From: Lama glama
Lineage: Eukaryota
NCBI GenBank assembly: GCA_028534125.1
Contig: CM052816.1
Location: 434,001 to 498,000, forward strand
DNA length: 64,000 nt
Direction: 5' to 3'
Under the pieces are notes generated by a model. The model worked only from the letters and a program-made list of their open reading frames with translations, ran no database searches and was not told the DNA's origin. The translations under genes and the position numbers were made by a program. Numbering within the stretch: position 1 is the first letter of the stretch; the number at the start of each line of letters is the position of its first letter. Positions 12,290 to 25,860 of the stretch are shown piece by piece.

Positions 12290-12385
12290 CTGCCACTCGG
12301 CCAAGGTCTGTTCCTCCTTTGCCTGCAGCTTCCTGGTCTTCACCATCTCCTCTTGCAAGCACTCCATGTCTTCCTCCAGCTTCAA
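12290..12385 (-). CDS. TRIM17: TRIM17 96-nt coiled-coil exon, GC donor
   Basis: cacag acceptor; [32 protein letters not shown]; donor CAG|GCAGGT. Confidence 0.93.
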
Positions 12386-12755
12386 CTGTGGGTCAGGATT
12401 TGGGGTCAGTGGGTCCCCTGCTTGCCCCACATCTAGACGATGCCCTCTGAAGCATCCCATCCATCCTAATAGGGTGCAGGGGTTGGAAATATGCCACCTG
12501 AAAATATGCCCCTTGGGCATGAGGATTATTTTGAACTGGAGACAACCGAGAATCAAAAGATAAAGAAAGATGCCTTTCCAGGATTCCCAGAAACCCGGGC
12601 CAAAAGCAGAAACTCCTGAGAAATGAGGACTGCTGTGAAACACCTTGCAGGGGAGGTGTTAATCCCCACGAAGAAGACGGAAAGTTGGTACCAAGACAGA
12701 CCTGCAATAATAACCCCGATTTTCCTTTAGTTTCCCCCAAATGTTTACATTCCAC

Positions 12756-13075
12756 TATGTCCTGAATGTTTCAGTCCCCCTGCCCCCAATTCATATGTTA
12801 AAGCCTTTAAACCCCCAATGTGATGGCAGAGGTGGGGCCCCCACGAATGGGGTTAATTAGTGCCCTTATAAAAAGAGACCCCAGAGAGCTCCCTCACTCC
12901 TTCTTCATGTGAGGCACAGTGAGAAGCTGGCTGGCTGTGAACCAGGAAGGGGCTCTCACCTGACTGTGCTGGTACCCTGATCTCAGACTTCCAGCTGCCA
13001 ACTGTGAGCAGTTAAGTTTCTCTTTATAAGCCACCCAGTCTGATACTCCGTTACAGCAGCCCAAGCGGACTGAGA
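12756..13075 (+). mobile_element. MaLR LTR (MLT1A-like)
   Basis: AATTCATATGTTAAAGCC..ACCCCCAATGTGATGG...TTTATAAGCCACCCAGTC. Confidence 0.75.
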
Positions 13076-13414
13076 CACGGGCTCCCAGCCACAAAGCCTC
13101 AGGTGGATGGAGGAAAAAGGCTCCCCTCCCCGTGCCTAACAGGGTTGCCTGGCCTGCCCACAAAATTGGCTGCATGGAAACCAGGGAATGCGGATGGCTT
13201 CCGGTGGGGGGCTTTCTCAGCCTGGACTCCTGCAAAACCATAGATTATGTGATGGCCTGGCCACCAGCCTGCTTGGTTGTGGAGTGTGGGGACACTTCCA
13301 CTGCATACAGGGCTGTTTGTTACAGCAGCTATCCTTCTGCCTAATATACTCCTTGACAGATGCACATACTTGGGACCCCTTGTCCCCATGCCCTGGCCCC
13401 CAGCCCGGGCCCAC

Positions 13415-13843
13415 CTTGTACTCCTGCACAGCCTCCTCGATAGGAACCACCCTGTGGGGCCGGTGTTCCTGGGACTCCCTGCAGATGACGCAGATGGGTC
13501 TCTGGTCGTCCTCGCAAAAGAGTTTGAGCAGCTCCTGGTGCACCTGGCACAGGTCCCTGCGCCACAGGCTGGGCTGCTGCCGCGCCATCTCAGCCACCTT
13601 GGTCAGGAGACGGTTGGGCCGCAGGTTCCTCTGGGGGGACAGCTCGCGGCACTCAGGGCAGGGGAAGGAGCCCTTCTGCTTCCTCCTCCTTTTCTGGGCT
13701 TTGGTCTTCTCCCAGGTCAGCTGGATGCACTCCCGGCAGAAGTTGTGACCACAGTTAGTCATCACAGGATCTGTGAAGTAGTCGAGGCAGATGGAGCATG
13801 TGGCCTCCTCCTGCAGTTTTCTGGCAAGTTCCATGGCATCCAT
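13415..13843 (-). CDS. TRIM17: TRIM17 first coding exon (RING + B-box2), 429 nt coding
   Basis: Acceptor ttccttccctag|[31 protein letters not shown]...[13 protein letters not shown]...[10 protein letters not shown] donor. Confidence 0.97.
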
Positions 13844-14819
13844 GGCTCCTAGGGAAGGAACAGAGTGTCCCACCACACCGTCTGCCTGGAGTTCTGGGCT
13901 CTCTCTCTCGGCATCCTTTTGCAGATGGAGTCTGAACACAGGGTTGTTAGGGCATCCTGACTTATCTCCAATAAGAGGCACAAATGCCTCCCTGGAAGCT
14001 GACAGAGATCCTCTCCTTAACCAAACCCCAGTCAGGTTCCCCTGAGCTGGCAGCCTGTCTTTGGCTGGCCCCGCCCAGTTTTAGCGAGAACTTCAGTATT
14101 GCCATTGTGATATCTGACCTAATTCATAATCTGCCACCTTTCATGAATATATGTCCTTGACCCTCCTTGAACAAGAATGCCATTAAGCCAGTTTAGCAAG
14201 AAGCCCTCTCCTGTCACCTCTTAGTGATTTTCTGTCACTGACCGCCTTCACCCTGCTCCTTGGCTGCATCCAGAGATGACACCCATGTCTCTCCACTCTG
14301 GCAACAGTCTTGAATAAAGTCTTGTTCACCTTTTAAACAAGCACCATAGTAAGTGTCTCTTTAACAGAACACGGCAGAACAAAGGGAAAGGGGAGTTTAA
14401 GAGGAAAATCTCTCTTAGGGAGCAGGATTGACAAAGGTTCTCTCCTTGACCGAACTCAGGCTTCCTGAACTTTCCAGCCAGGCTTCGGGCTTCCATGTTT
14501 GTCTCCACATTGTCCAAGTTTAATAACAATCCTGTTAAGTGAGTTTAAGCAGACCCTCCACCCCCTCCTGCTATGATGTTTTCTGTTAGTAATTTCCCAT
14601 CACTGACTCCCACCCTACTCCTTGGCTGTAAATCCTGACCCATGGTGAATTCAGAATTGAGTTTTCAACGGGGTTCTATACAGAGTCCCAAGTTCTGTGC
14701 TGACCTCTTTCCCCCATTTCAATAATCCTGAGTCAAATCTCTTTTTACCCTCTAAATACCATCCAGCTCTGGTTTTCCTTGACACGGTGCAGTGCAGAAA
14801 AGACAAAGGAGGGCCATTG

Positions 14820-14965
14820 CATGCACACGTGCACACAGACAGGCACACAAACACACATGTACACATGCATGTTGCCCATGTGCATACATGCAACAAAGGC
14901 ACACGCAGAGGCACCTACACACGTGCACACACAGTTGAACACACAAACACACGTACACACACACT
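14820..14965. repeat. Degenerate (CA)-rich low-complexity tract
   Basis: Directly visible. Confidence 0.8.
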
Positions 14966-15545
14966 TTGGGGCTGGAATATCCATGCCCTTATGGTAGAGA
15001 TCCAAGTCTTCCCCTATGCACTTCACAGGGTGGTTGCTAGCGCTGAGTTAGAGACTGGATTTGAACATCATTTCCGAATTACAAGCACTGTCCAGGCTCC
15101 CTTTTCTACAGTCACCTGAAGCCATGGTGGCTGGATTCCACAGACCTCCAAGTCCCTGACATGGGTTCACTCTGTCTAGTGCTCCCTCTGTGAAGAGCCT
15201 TTAGGGTCAGTCTCTCCCCTGCTCTCAGCTGCCCTTCTGCCCAACTGCTGCCCATCCAACAGAAGTGGGTGAGAGGAGGCAGCCTGGTGGGCTGGGGATC
15301 TGGTGGGCCCAGGTTCTGGAAGAAGCCACCCACAGGCTCTGGGTCAGTGCCGGTGAACAGGCCTTTCTTGGTCCAGGAATGTTCTCTGTAAATGCAGGGC
15401 TAAAACAGTTGCCCATCTGGTTCCAATATACAGCCAACTTCAAGGCTGGAACCCGCAGTCTACAAGGGCAGGGGATGCACGAGGTCCCAAGCTGAGCCTC
15501 AGCGCCCATGGGGTGCCCACTTGACCGCCCCCTCAAGGGGTTGGT

Positions 15546-15850
15546 ACTCACTGGGGAAATGGGTGCCCGCTGCGCCTTGCCAGGCGACCCCAGCCACGTC
15601 TGCAAACGCCTCCCAGGAAAGCCTGCGTTTGCGCGATTGAGACCATCCGGGAGCTGGGGCTACGGGGCTTTGTGGCGTCAACAGGAGCAGGGACCCCCTT
15701 CTCCGGCCGGGGCAGGGGGCGGGGCCGGTTATCGGGGTAGGGGGCGGGGCGGTTTTGTTGATGTGAGGTTGTCAGCAGCCTGGAAATGGAGCCTCTAGAC
15801 GGGGAAGGGGCGGGCTCAGAGCTGGCCAGAGGTCGGGGGGAGGGAAGCGT
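15546..15850 (-). promoter_or_regulatory. TRIM17: Probable TRIM17 promoter and non-coding exon 1
   Basis: Clustered GC boxes (GGGGCGGGG) at ~15715-15750 and 15807, local CpG enrichment, and a candidate donor CCCCA|GTGAGTA at 15551. The coding exon begins with an acceptor, so an upstream exon is required. Confidence 0.55.
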
Positions 15851-16658
15851 CCTGGGTGGGGCTGGGACGGAGCAGGGGTTGATGGTGACCCAGCAGGGAG
15901 GAGAAGGAGGTAAGGGGCATAGGCAAGTGGGGAGGCAGGGGTTGGACCCCGTGTTGGGGAGGGGACGTGAGAACAGAAGAGGCAGCAGGGGTCGGGCAGC
16001 CCTTTAAGGGAGATGAAGGGGGGTTGCTGGTCCGCAGGGGGCCCAAGGTCTCCCCAAGGCACCCCCTCCCTGCCCCCTGCCCATGACAGCACTGAGTCCA
16101 GGGTCGGGGGCTGCGTCCGGATCCTGGATTAGGAGGGGGCAGACTGGGTTTGGAGAGGCACGGAGCTGGATAATCCCCTGGGATCGGGGTGGAGGCAGTC
16201 TTGCCAGCTCTAGAGGTGGTTTTCGTGGCACTGCTGCCCCTAGCCCTGATCTATCCATACCCAGTGGCTGCGTCCACCTCAGTCCTAGTCCTTGGGGAGC
16301 GGACATATGAGGAAACTGAGGCTCAGACCACCTCAGGAAGGCAAGGAAACAGAAGCCGTCATCTCCAGGAGGTGTTGGTGTAGGCAGCCTGGCTGCAAGT
16401 GTAGACAGCTGGACTTCTCCTGCCTCCTCTCACCCCCTCCCCCTCACTGTGAGGTGGTTGAAGTGTACTTCTTGGGTGGTGTCTCTAGTAAAGTTTCTAG
16501 GACAGAGTCTGGTGTTTCAGCCCTGTGTGTGACTGGGCAGTGAGTGGGTGTGGGAACCAGACAGCTTGCTGAATGAGGGAACACTGGTTGCTCATTGGAA
16601 TCCCCTGAAAGTCCCTAAGACCTCTCTTCTTGTAAGGTGATTATGGGCTGAGGGTTTT

Positions 16659-17098
16659 GTGAATGAAAAATCTTGCTGGCCATATCAGCGAACAAAGGAT
16701 GCTGTGGCCATCAAGTCATCAACCATTGCAGCCACACCCAACCGTGCCCCCTGAGGGGGGACTCAAGATGGGGAAGAATAGGTTACTGGCCCTAGAGAGC
16801 TAAGGTGCATATCAAAGGAATGGTTTTAACGAGCCCAGATCTTTGCACCTTCCCAGACACAGAAAAGTGCTACATTCATTAACTTGAGATGTCTGAGTTT
16901 CTTCAGTAAACCGTAATCTTTTGATGTTCTGACTACCTGGTCTTTGTTGGAAGAACTCCTATATATCCTGGCTTCTCCTTTATCTCTTCAGAGCATTTCC
17001 CTGTCTGAGAGGCTGCTTCCGGGCTTGAAGTCCTAGAAGGTCCACTGAATAAAACATAATTATCATCTTTTTGGTTGTGATTTTTTTTTCAATCAACA
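16659..17098 (+). mobile_element. ERV solo LTR
   Basis: TG...CA boundaries, TATA-like at ~16960, AATAAA at ~17048. Confidence 0.55.
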
Positions 17099-17554
17099 GC
17101 TTCTTTTAATTTAGAAAACAGAAACACAGAATTTTTAAAATATTAATAAAAAATTTCAAGAAAACACAGAGAACAGTGCAATGGACACCATATATAAATT
17201 GCCCAGATCAGCATTTTACAGTATTTGCTTCATCTGTCCTGTTGTTTTGTCTTGGCTGGAGAATCTGTCTTGAAGTGTCAACTTAAAAAAGATCTTCATC
17301 ATGGAAAAAGAGGTTTCAGATGTGCCCTGATGGAAGCTGGAGGTCTGGGGAACTGGAGCAGCTGACTGACTAGAATTGGGGTGTCCTGGATTGTCACTAG
17401 AGAGAGCAGCCTAATGTCCTGCAAGTCTGACTTGCAGTGGGCTGGCTTCCTGGGCTGGTTCAAGTACATGGTATGTTGGTTTCCTGGACAGTTTACTATA
17501 GACTGAGCATATGCACCTAAAATTCAGCTGTTGAAACCTAACCCTTGGGAGGTG

Positions 17555-18695
17555 GTATTGCCCGTGGATGTGACAGGTGTTCCAGGTTCTCTTCCCAACC
17601 CAGAAAGAATTCAGAGACAAGACATAGTGGTTAAAAAAAGTAAAGTGAGAATTTATTAAGGTATGGCTAGTACACTCTCAAGGGGAGAGCAGGCAGGCTT
17701 AGGTGAGCGTCCACCCTGTGTTTCTTTGACAAGTTAGTTACATAGGGTGTAAAAGTCAAAGGGCAGAATATTCACTGGGGAGCCAAGGGTCTGGAGTCGT
17801 AGTTCCTGATCATCATCCCAACTCCGCCTTCCCAAAGGGAGGAGGGATTTTTGTCTTTATTTAGTCTGGATTGGAAGTGTCACAGTGTCGGTGCATGATG
17901 GGTACTTCTGATCTGCAAGGCTAATTTTGTTACTGAAATGACAGGCCAGCCAAGAAATAAGCACCACTCAGAGGGTTGGAGTACTACGACTGATTATGCC
18001 GGCAGGCTCAGAGGGGCTTCTGCTCCGAAGCTCTCAGCCCCTCCAAAACATGTGCATGAGGTTTTACAGGGTTAATTACAAACTTAGGATATTCGGCCAA
18101 TAGGCATGGAACAGCTTTAGCAGCATCATTACCACAAAAGCAGAGGCAGGGAGGCAGCGAACCGACATTCCAGAGCCAGATATGTGTCTCTGAAAATTTA
18201 GCTGGCTAGCAAACAAAACAAAACAAAACAAAACAAAACACACAAACAAACAAACAAACAAACAAAAAAGCCTGAGCAGGGAATCAGCAAACTGACACTT
18301 ACTAACTTAGATTTACCAGTTAGCCCAGCAGAGCTCAGATCAGTAATCCGACACTTGTTACACTTAGATTTACCAGTAGGGCCAGCCCGCTTTTCCTTCA
18401 CAAGTTTATTGAAATGAGGGCATAATGACAAAAAGATTACATTTGGACACTGGAAATTCCTGCCTTTTCTCACTTTTCTTTGTTGATCTCCAGGACACTC
18501 ATCACCCCAAAAGTTGTGACCACTTCTCAGCCCAAAGTTTCAGGCTTTTCTTTCTCAGTCCAGGGACCCCTGGTGCTGACATGATGTATGATTTCCTGTG
18601 TTTGGCCCCGTGTCCCTCCTTTCTGCCCAATTCCTGCCATCTGGTCTGTGTCCCCCTTTCTCTGCTCATATCTAGCTATCTACCTGCTCTCACAG
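17555..18695 (-). mobile_element. ERV LTR interrupted by a second LTR (~17930-18400)
   Basis: Reverse-complement similarity to the uninterrupted copy at 40962-41600. Confidence 0.7.
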
Positions 18696-18985
18696 TGGGA
18701 CCTTTGGGAGGTGTTTAGGTCAGAAGGGTGGAGTCCTCATGAATGGGATTAATGCCCTTAGAAAAGAGACTCCCCAGAGTTCCTTTGCCCCTTCTGCTAG
18801 GCGAGGACACAGCAAGAAGATGACTGCCTATAAACCGGGAAGCAGGCCCTCACCAGACACCAAGTCTGCTGGCCCCTTGATCTTGGACTTCCATCCTCCA
18901 GCACTGTGAGAAATCAAGGTCTCCTGTTTTATAAGCCACCCAGTCTATGGTATTTCGTTATGGCGGTCCTAGCAGATTGAGACAA
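18696..18985 (+). mobile_element. MaLR LTR 3' part (MLT1A-like)
   Basis: GGGTGGAGTCCTCATGAATGGGATTAATGCCCTTA...TATAAGCCACCCAGTCTATGGTAT. Confidence 0.75.
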
Positions 18986-19797
18986 GACTCCTGCAAGCTG
19001 TGGGTCGAAGTTCTATTTTTATATATAGTCTGGCCATTGTGTGTGTGTTCGGTCTCCCACTGGAATGAAGCTGCTGTTAGATCAGACCTTGTCTGACCCT
19101 GGGAAACCCCATCTTCTCACCCTGGCGGTATCCAGAGGAACATTTTAAGGCAAATTTATCTTAAGGTAAACTTGGAAATAGTAGATACATAAGTTCTAGA
19201 GTGTAGTCATTAGGGTCAACAATTCTGTATTATAAACTTAAAGCTGCTAAAAGACTAAGTCTTAATTGTTCCTTCCACAAACAAGAACTGTATGATGTGT
19301 TCGAGGTGTTAGCTAATGCTCCGGTGATAATCGTATTGCAATATATAAATATACCTAATCAACATGCTGTATACCTTACATTTATGCATTGTTATATGTC
19401 AATTGTATCTCAGTAGATATAATTTTTTAAGAAGGTTCTATGAAGTCTCTTTGGAGTAAAAAGGAAGTGGCAGGTCATGACAGTGGGCAGCACGTAACTC
19501 AGGAGAAGGAGAACCTCAAATTTTGGCCCCAAACTTGGTTTGGAGGAGGGCTTCATGGTGTAAATCATGCCTGTTATTCTGTGACCTCGAGGTGCAAGCT
19601 CTGTGCAGGTGCAATGCAGAAGTGGTCTGTAAGAGCTCAGGGAGCCCTGCTAGCTGGGTAACCCCTGGTGACAGTAAGGGGAACTTTGATTTTTATTTTA
19701 AATAACTTCATAGTGTTGTCTGTTAAACATAAAACAGGGAAAGAAGGAACATCTGGAAAAGTAGACATTGGCCTTTTGTTTAAAAATGAACCTGGAA

Positions 19798-22025
19798 GAC
19801 TGAACCAAGAAGAAATAGAAAATCTGAACAGACCAAATGCCAGTACTGAAATTGAATCAGTAATTTAAAAACTCGCAATGAACAAAAGTCCAGGACGAGA
19901 TGGCTCCATGTGTGAATTCTACCAAACATTTAGAGAAGAATTAACACCTATCTTTCTGAAATGATTCCAAAAATTGCAGAGGAAGGAACACTTCTGAACT
20001 CATTCTATGAGGCCACCATCACCCCGATACCAACACCAGACAAAGCTATCACAAAAAAAGGAAAATTATAGGCTAATATGACTGATGAACAGGGTTGCAA
20101 AAATCCTCAATAAAACACTAGCAAACAAAGTCCAACAATAGATTAAAAGGATCATACAGCATGATCAAGTGGGATTTATCCAAGGGGTGCAAGGATTTTT
20201 CAACTTCTGCAAATCAATCAATGTGATACACCACATTAACAAACTGAAGAATAAAAATCATATGATCATCTCAATAGGCATAGAAAAAGCTGTTGATAAA
20301 ATTCAACATCCATTTATGATTAAAAAAAAAAAACTTTCCAGGAAGTGGGTACAGAGGGAACATACCTCAACATAATAAAGACCACAAACCCACAGCTAAC
20401 ATTATACTAAATGGTAAAAAACTGAAAACATTCCCTTTAAGATCAGAGAAAGACATGGATCCCCACTCTCACCACTTATATTCAACAGTTTTGGAAGTCC
20501 TAGGCACGGTAATTGGAGAAAAAAAAGAAAAAGGAATCCAAGTTGGAGAGGAAGAAGTAAAGCTGTCACTGTTTGCAGATACATAAAAAATTCTAAAGAT
20601 GCCACGAGAAAATTAGTAGAACTCATCAATGAATTCGGTATAGTTGCAGGATAGAAAATTAATATACAGAAGTCTGTTGCATTTCTATACACTAACAACG
20701 AAATGTCAGAAAGAGAAATTAAGGAAACAATCCCCTTTACCATTGCCAAAAAGAATAAAATACCTAGAAATGAACCTATCCAAGGAGGCAAAAGACCTTT
20801 ACTCTGAAAACTACAAGACACTGATGAAATTGAAGACAATACAAACAGATGGAAAGATATACTGTGTTCTTAGATTGGAGGAATCAATATTGTTAAGATG
20901 AGCATACTTCCCAAGGCAATATATAGATTCAATGCAATTCTTATCAAATTACCAATTGCATTTTTCACATAAATGGAACAAAAAAATTAAAATATGTATA
21001 GCAACACACACAAAAAAAAAATCCCAAACAGCCAAAACAATCCCTAGAAAGAAGAATGGAGCAGGAGGAATCTCAGACTCCCTGACTTCAGACTATACTA
21101 CAAAGCTACAGTAATCAAAACAGCATGGCACTGGCACAAAAGTAGACACGTAGATCAATGGAACAGGGTTGAAAGCCCAGAATAAACCCACACATTTATA
21201 ATCAACTAATCTACAACAAAGGAGGCAAGAATATGCAATGAGGAAAAGACAATGTCTCACCTCACATCAGTCAGCACGGACATTATCAAAATGTCTACAA
21301 ACAATAAGTGCTAGAGACTGTGTGGAGAAAAGGGAACCCTCCTACACCATTAGTGGGAGTGAGAATTGGTGTAGCCACTATAGAAAGCAGTATGGAGTTT
21401 CCTCAAGAAACTAAAAGTAGAGTTACTATATGATCCAGCAGTCCCTCTCCTGGGCATACATCTGGAAAAGATAAAAACTCTAATTCAAAAAAATATATTC
21501 ACCCAAATGTTCATAGCAGCATTATTTACAATAGCCAAGACATGAAGCAACCTAAATGTCCATTGACAGATGAATGGATAAAGAGGATGTGGCGTGTGTG
21601 TTATACGTATGAATATATTATATATATAATAGAATATTACTCAGCCATAAAAAAGGATGAAATAATGTCATCTGCAGCAACATGAATTGACCTAGAGATT
21701 ATCTTACTAAGTGAAGTAAGTCAGACAGAGAAAGACAAATATCATATGATATCATTTATATGTGAAATTTAAAAAAAAATGATACACAGGAACTTATTTA
21801 CAAAACAGAAATAGACTCACTGACATAGAAAACAAATTTATGGTTACCAAAGCAGAAAGGGGTTGGAGGAGGGATAAATTAGGAATCTGGGAGTAACAGA
21901 TACACACTACTATGTATAAACTAGATACACAACAAAGATCCACTGTAGAGCACAGGGAACTATATTAAATATCTTGTAATAACCTATAGTGGAAAGGAAT
22001 CTGGAAAAAAAATATATATAATCAG
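19798..22025 (+). mobile_element. 5'-truncated L1 (decayed ORF2 RT region + 3' UTR)
   Basis: Peptides [61 protein letters not shown]; frameshifts and an internal deletion. Confidence 0.92.
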
Positions 22026-24117
22026 TTTTATTTAGCTATAGATTTCAGTAATTTCAAATAATACTTATCTGTAACAGTGGAAATAAGACGTCTTGCAGAA
22101 TTTACATTGCTGATGTTGCTTAAATTATTTTCAGAAATGCAAACATGGAAATGGTATAAAATCTAAGAATTCTGGAAGATTTATAGTGAAATTTGAGTCT
22201 CCCTGAATCGGGAGTTTCCTCAGCCTTTAATTCCCTTTTGAGATTCAGTTTCTTCTCTACACTTCGAGAGGTGCGTATTCAATCATATAATTATTATTTT
22301 CATGGAAATGATGACATTGTGCATGCCATTCTACAACTTGCCTATTGTTAAACCTAACAATTTATCAGAACATGTCAGAGATCCCTGATTCTTCTCAACG
22401 ACTTCATAATTTTCCCTTTTGCAGCTATTGTTTCCAATTAGTTTATTATGAAGTGATATATTTCTCAAATCAGTTAGCTGGGGCATCCAAACAGAGCATA
22501 AATAATGAGTGTCTGGGACTGATGCAGCATTTTTACAAATACTTCTTGAATACCCCACATCACACTGGTATGGGGGCAACAGGCAGAGACCTGCTATAAA
22601 AGGGAAAACATAAATTAAAAATAAGAGGCTTAAATTCACTCTGTTGAAATTAAGGGGACACTTCCCCTCTTCTTCCTTTCATAATTTCTTCCTCTGTCCT
22701 TTTCAAATGTATGTAAATCTGTTAAGTGGCTAAACTTGCCAGTCTTACATTCCAGGAATGTTTCCCCAAGATCCAAGAAGCCACCTCTGAAATGTAATTA
22801 TAGGGGAGGAAAAAACTTTTCCTATACCCTTTTAGATTCGGTATTGGGGACCTGCAAATTAACATGACAAAAGACAGATTAACTTGAAAAGGCATACAAA
22901 TTTTGTTGATGTTAATATTTTTACATGCTTGGGAGACTCACAGAAAAGAAGTGAAAATCCAGGAAGTGGTTAAACTCAGAAACTTATACACCATTTTATC
23001 AAAAGGTGTTAAATTTTGGAAAGATGAGTAGATGTATGGTAGATAAATGTTGTATACTAAGGTTTGTGTGTGCATTCATCTTGGTGCTAACTTTCCATCT
23101 TCTTCATGACTGTAAAACTCCTCCAGAGAGGGGCTTTCTGGCAGTCCTAATTTCACAAAAGTCTCTGTTTTAGTTAGATAAGGGAAGCTCCAAGAAGGCT
23201 TCTTTCTGCATCTGCTGAGCCTCAATTGCCTCAGCTCAAAATAATCCATATGCCAAAGTGACATATTTTGGGGCGGCAAATTCTGATTCTCTTCATAATC
23301 ATCAGTGAAGATCATATCCCATCTCCCAAGTTGCTGGGGGGACATGAGTCTAATTTCAGCTATCACCTGGCTGCAAATTGCAAAATGCACCAAATTGCAA
23401 AAACTATTGAATGAGTTGCATTCACTCAGCTCTGTAAAAGAGTGAGGTTTCTTTCTGTTTTTGCAATCTCTTAGCAGGTTGCCTGTGAAGCACATCACGT
23501 TCTGGTTTTGGTCTTCCTAAATATTAAAACTGTTTTCTTTCTCTTCTCACTTTCATTTTGTTTTTAACGATATTTCTCCAACAGGTGCAGGTGTGCATGT
23601 AGTCAGGGTGGACTCCTGGCATCACCACTGTCCTTCCTTTTATGGGTCCCTCCTGGCACTGGCCGCCAGGGCTTATTGTAATAAAGTTAGAATGCATTTT
23701 AAGTCCTTTATCTTCTATAGCTGTGAATCAATTAGTAGAGTAAACTAATTCAGTCACAGTATGTCGCAGAACTGTGTTATATTTCTTAGGACTCTAAGTT
23801 GAAAATGACAAACCACAATTCAAACTGTTTTTAAAAAGATGGCACGTTTATTAAAGGATATCAGGGAACAATGAGTTCATAGTCCCTAGCACCACCCTTC
23901 TCTGTCCTTTCTCTCCCACCTCTGCTGTTTCAGTGCCTGCTGTTTTATTCTGATTTTTTCCTTATGACAATAAATGCTGTGGCCAACATCTCCAGAGTCT
24001 CATGCTTTTCAGCTTTATCTACCTAAGCAAGAGTAAAGAATTTCTCTTTTGCCCCCAAATCCAAAATCCCACCACTGGGTGGGAGGGAGAGAACTAACTA
24101 AGACTAATATTAATTTT

Positions 24118-24350
24118 ACTGTATTAGTCAGCTCAGGCTGTGTAACAAATACCACAGAAAGGGCAGGTCAAAAAACAGGCATTTATTGTCTCCCTGTCCT
24201 GGAGGCTGGAGGTCTGAGAGCAAAATATCAGCAACCCTGGTTTCTCCTGAGGCCTCTCTCCTTGGCGTGTAGATGGTAGTTGCTATGGTAAAAACACACT
24301 TCTGTGTGTTTTCTTTACTCTTAATTCTCTAGTTCACTTCTGATCACTAA

Positions 24351-24396
<46 letters not shown>

Positions 24397-25860
24397 CCCC
24401 ACACCACCAAGCAATCCTCGACACCAGCTAGCGTCCTACAATTCAACTCAATTCTGCTGCTATCCACCTGGAGATACTGTCATGCCACAGATTAAGGGCT
24501 TAGTCCTTCAAAGCTTCTCCCATTTCAGACAGCAATTGAAAGTCCAAGTTGTCACCTGTGCTTCTGACCAATCAACTGTTACCTGGCCCTGTCCAGATTC
24601 CTGGACAGCAATACCAAAGAAATGAATATCGCCTCCATAAGACTCTTAGGCAAGCAAAGCTTTTTATTAAAAGAGATAGCCTGCGTTCAAGGAAGAAGGT
24701 GGAAAAAAAGTGCCAGCCCTCTGAGCAGAAGCTCTCTGAGTAGAAGAGGTCAGTTGTCTTTATAACAAAAGTGAAGGTTTTTCTTATGATCAATGATGAT
24801 TTCCAGAAATCAAACATCTTTGTACAGCAACAAGTGGCTCCATGGTGGCTACCAGGAAGAGACAGTATGTCTGTGAGGGGAAAGGGGTTCATGAGAATTT
24901 TCGCAAAAAAAAAGTACCAGAACAGATAATGTTAAAATTTATAGTTGAGCTTCTTGTCTTGTGGCAACTAGGTATACTTGTTAGTAAAACAAAGATAAAG
25001 TTCCTCTTTTACTCTTGTGAGCTTGGTTTTTGTCTCTGGGACTCAGCCCCCCAGGGCTTTGTTCTTCGGCTTCTAAGATCTGTTTTGCTCAAGGACGTTC
25101 CCAGGCACTTTTCAAAAATGGCTGTACTCTTGTTTTTCCTGTCTCATGGCTATAGATCAGAAATTCCCATGACCCCTCTTTGGGTTCAATTAATTTGTTA
25201 GAGTTGCTCACAGAACGCAGGAGACCCGTTTATTCACTGGATTACTGGTTCATTATAGAAGATGTTAAAGGCGATGAATCAACAGCCAGATAAGAGAGAG
25301 ACACAGAGTGAGGTGTCAGAATGCAGGATCTTCTGTTCCCATGGACTTGTTTGCGGTGTACCACCCTCCTGGCACCTGTGTGAGTTCTTGTTAACCAATC
25401 TGGAACCTCGCCAGTTGTACTACAGAGATTCTCTTGGAAGCTTCATTACATAGGCACGATTGATTAAATTATTGGCTATTGGTGGTTGAACTCAACCTCG
25501 TCATTCTCTGCTTCCTGAAGGTCAAAGGTGGGAATGAAAATTTCAAACCTCTCATTGCAAGGTTGGTTTCTCTGACAATCATTTCCAAAAATCACCTCAT
25601 CAATATAAACTCTGTTGTGATCAAAGGGGCTTGTTATGAATAACAAAAGGCATCATTATCTCTCTAATCACTTAGGAAATTCCAAAGGCTTTAGGATCTT
25701 TGGGACAAATGGGGAGGAAAACATTTCTTACTGTAAATCACAATATTACAGCTGTCTACCTTTGTTCTCACATGGCTTTCTATGTGTCATAATCTCTTCT
25801 TAGAAGAATGCCAATCATATGAGGTTAGGGTCCACCTTCGTGACCTCATTTTAACTTGTT
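24118..25860 (-). mobile_element. MLT1 LTR split by a MER21-like LTR (~24280-25750), itself split by another LTR (~24575-25145)
   Basis: MLT1 text stops at ~24278 and resumes at ~25750; MER21-like segments are shared with 31463-32200 and 40220-42165. Confidence 0.6.
24352..24393. repeat. (TG)n microsatellite
   Basis: About 21 perfect TG units. Confidence 0.95.

Noticed and set aside
13844..13981. Upstream extension of the TRIM17 ORF (MPLIGDK...)
   Set aside because: Non-ATG start and crosses a clear splice acceptor at 13849-13850, so it is mostly intronic.
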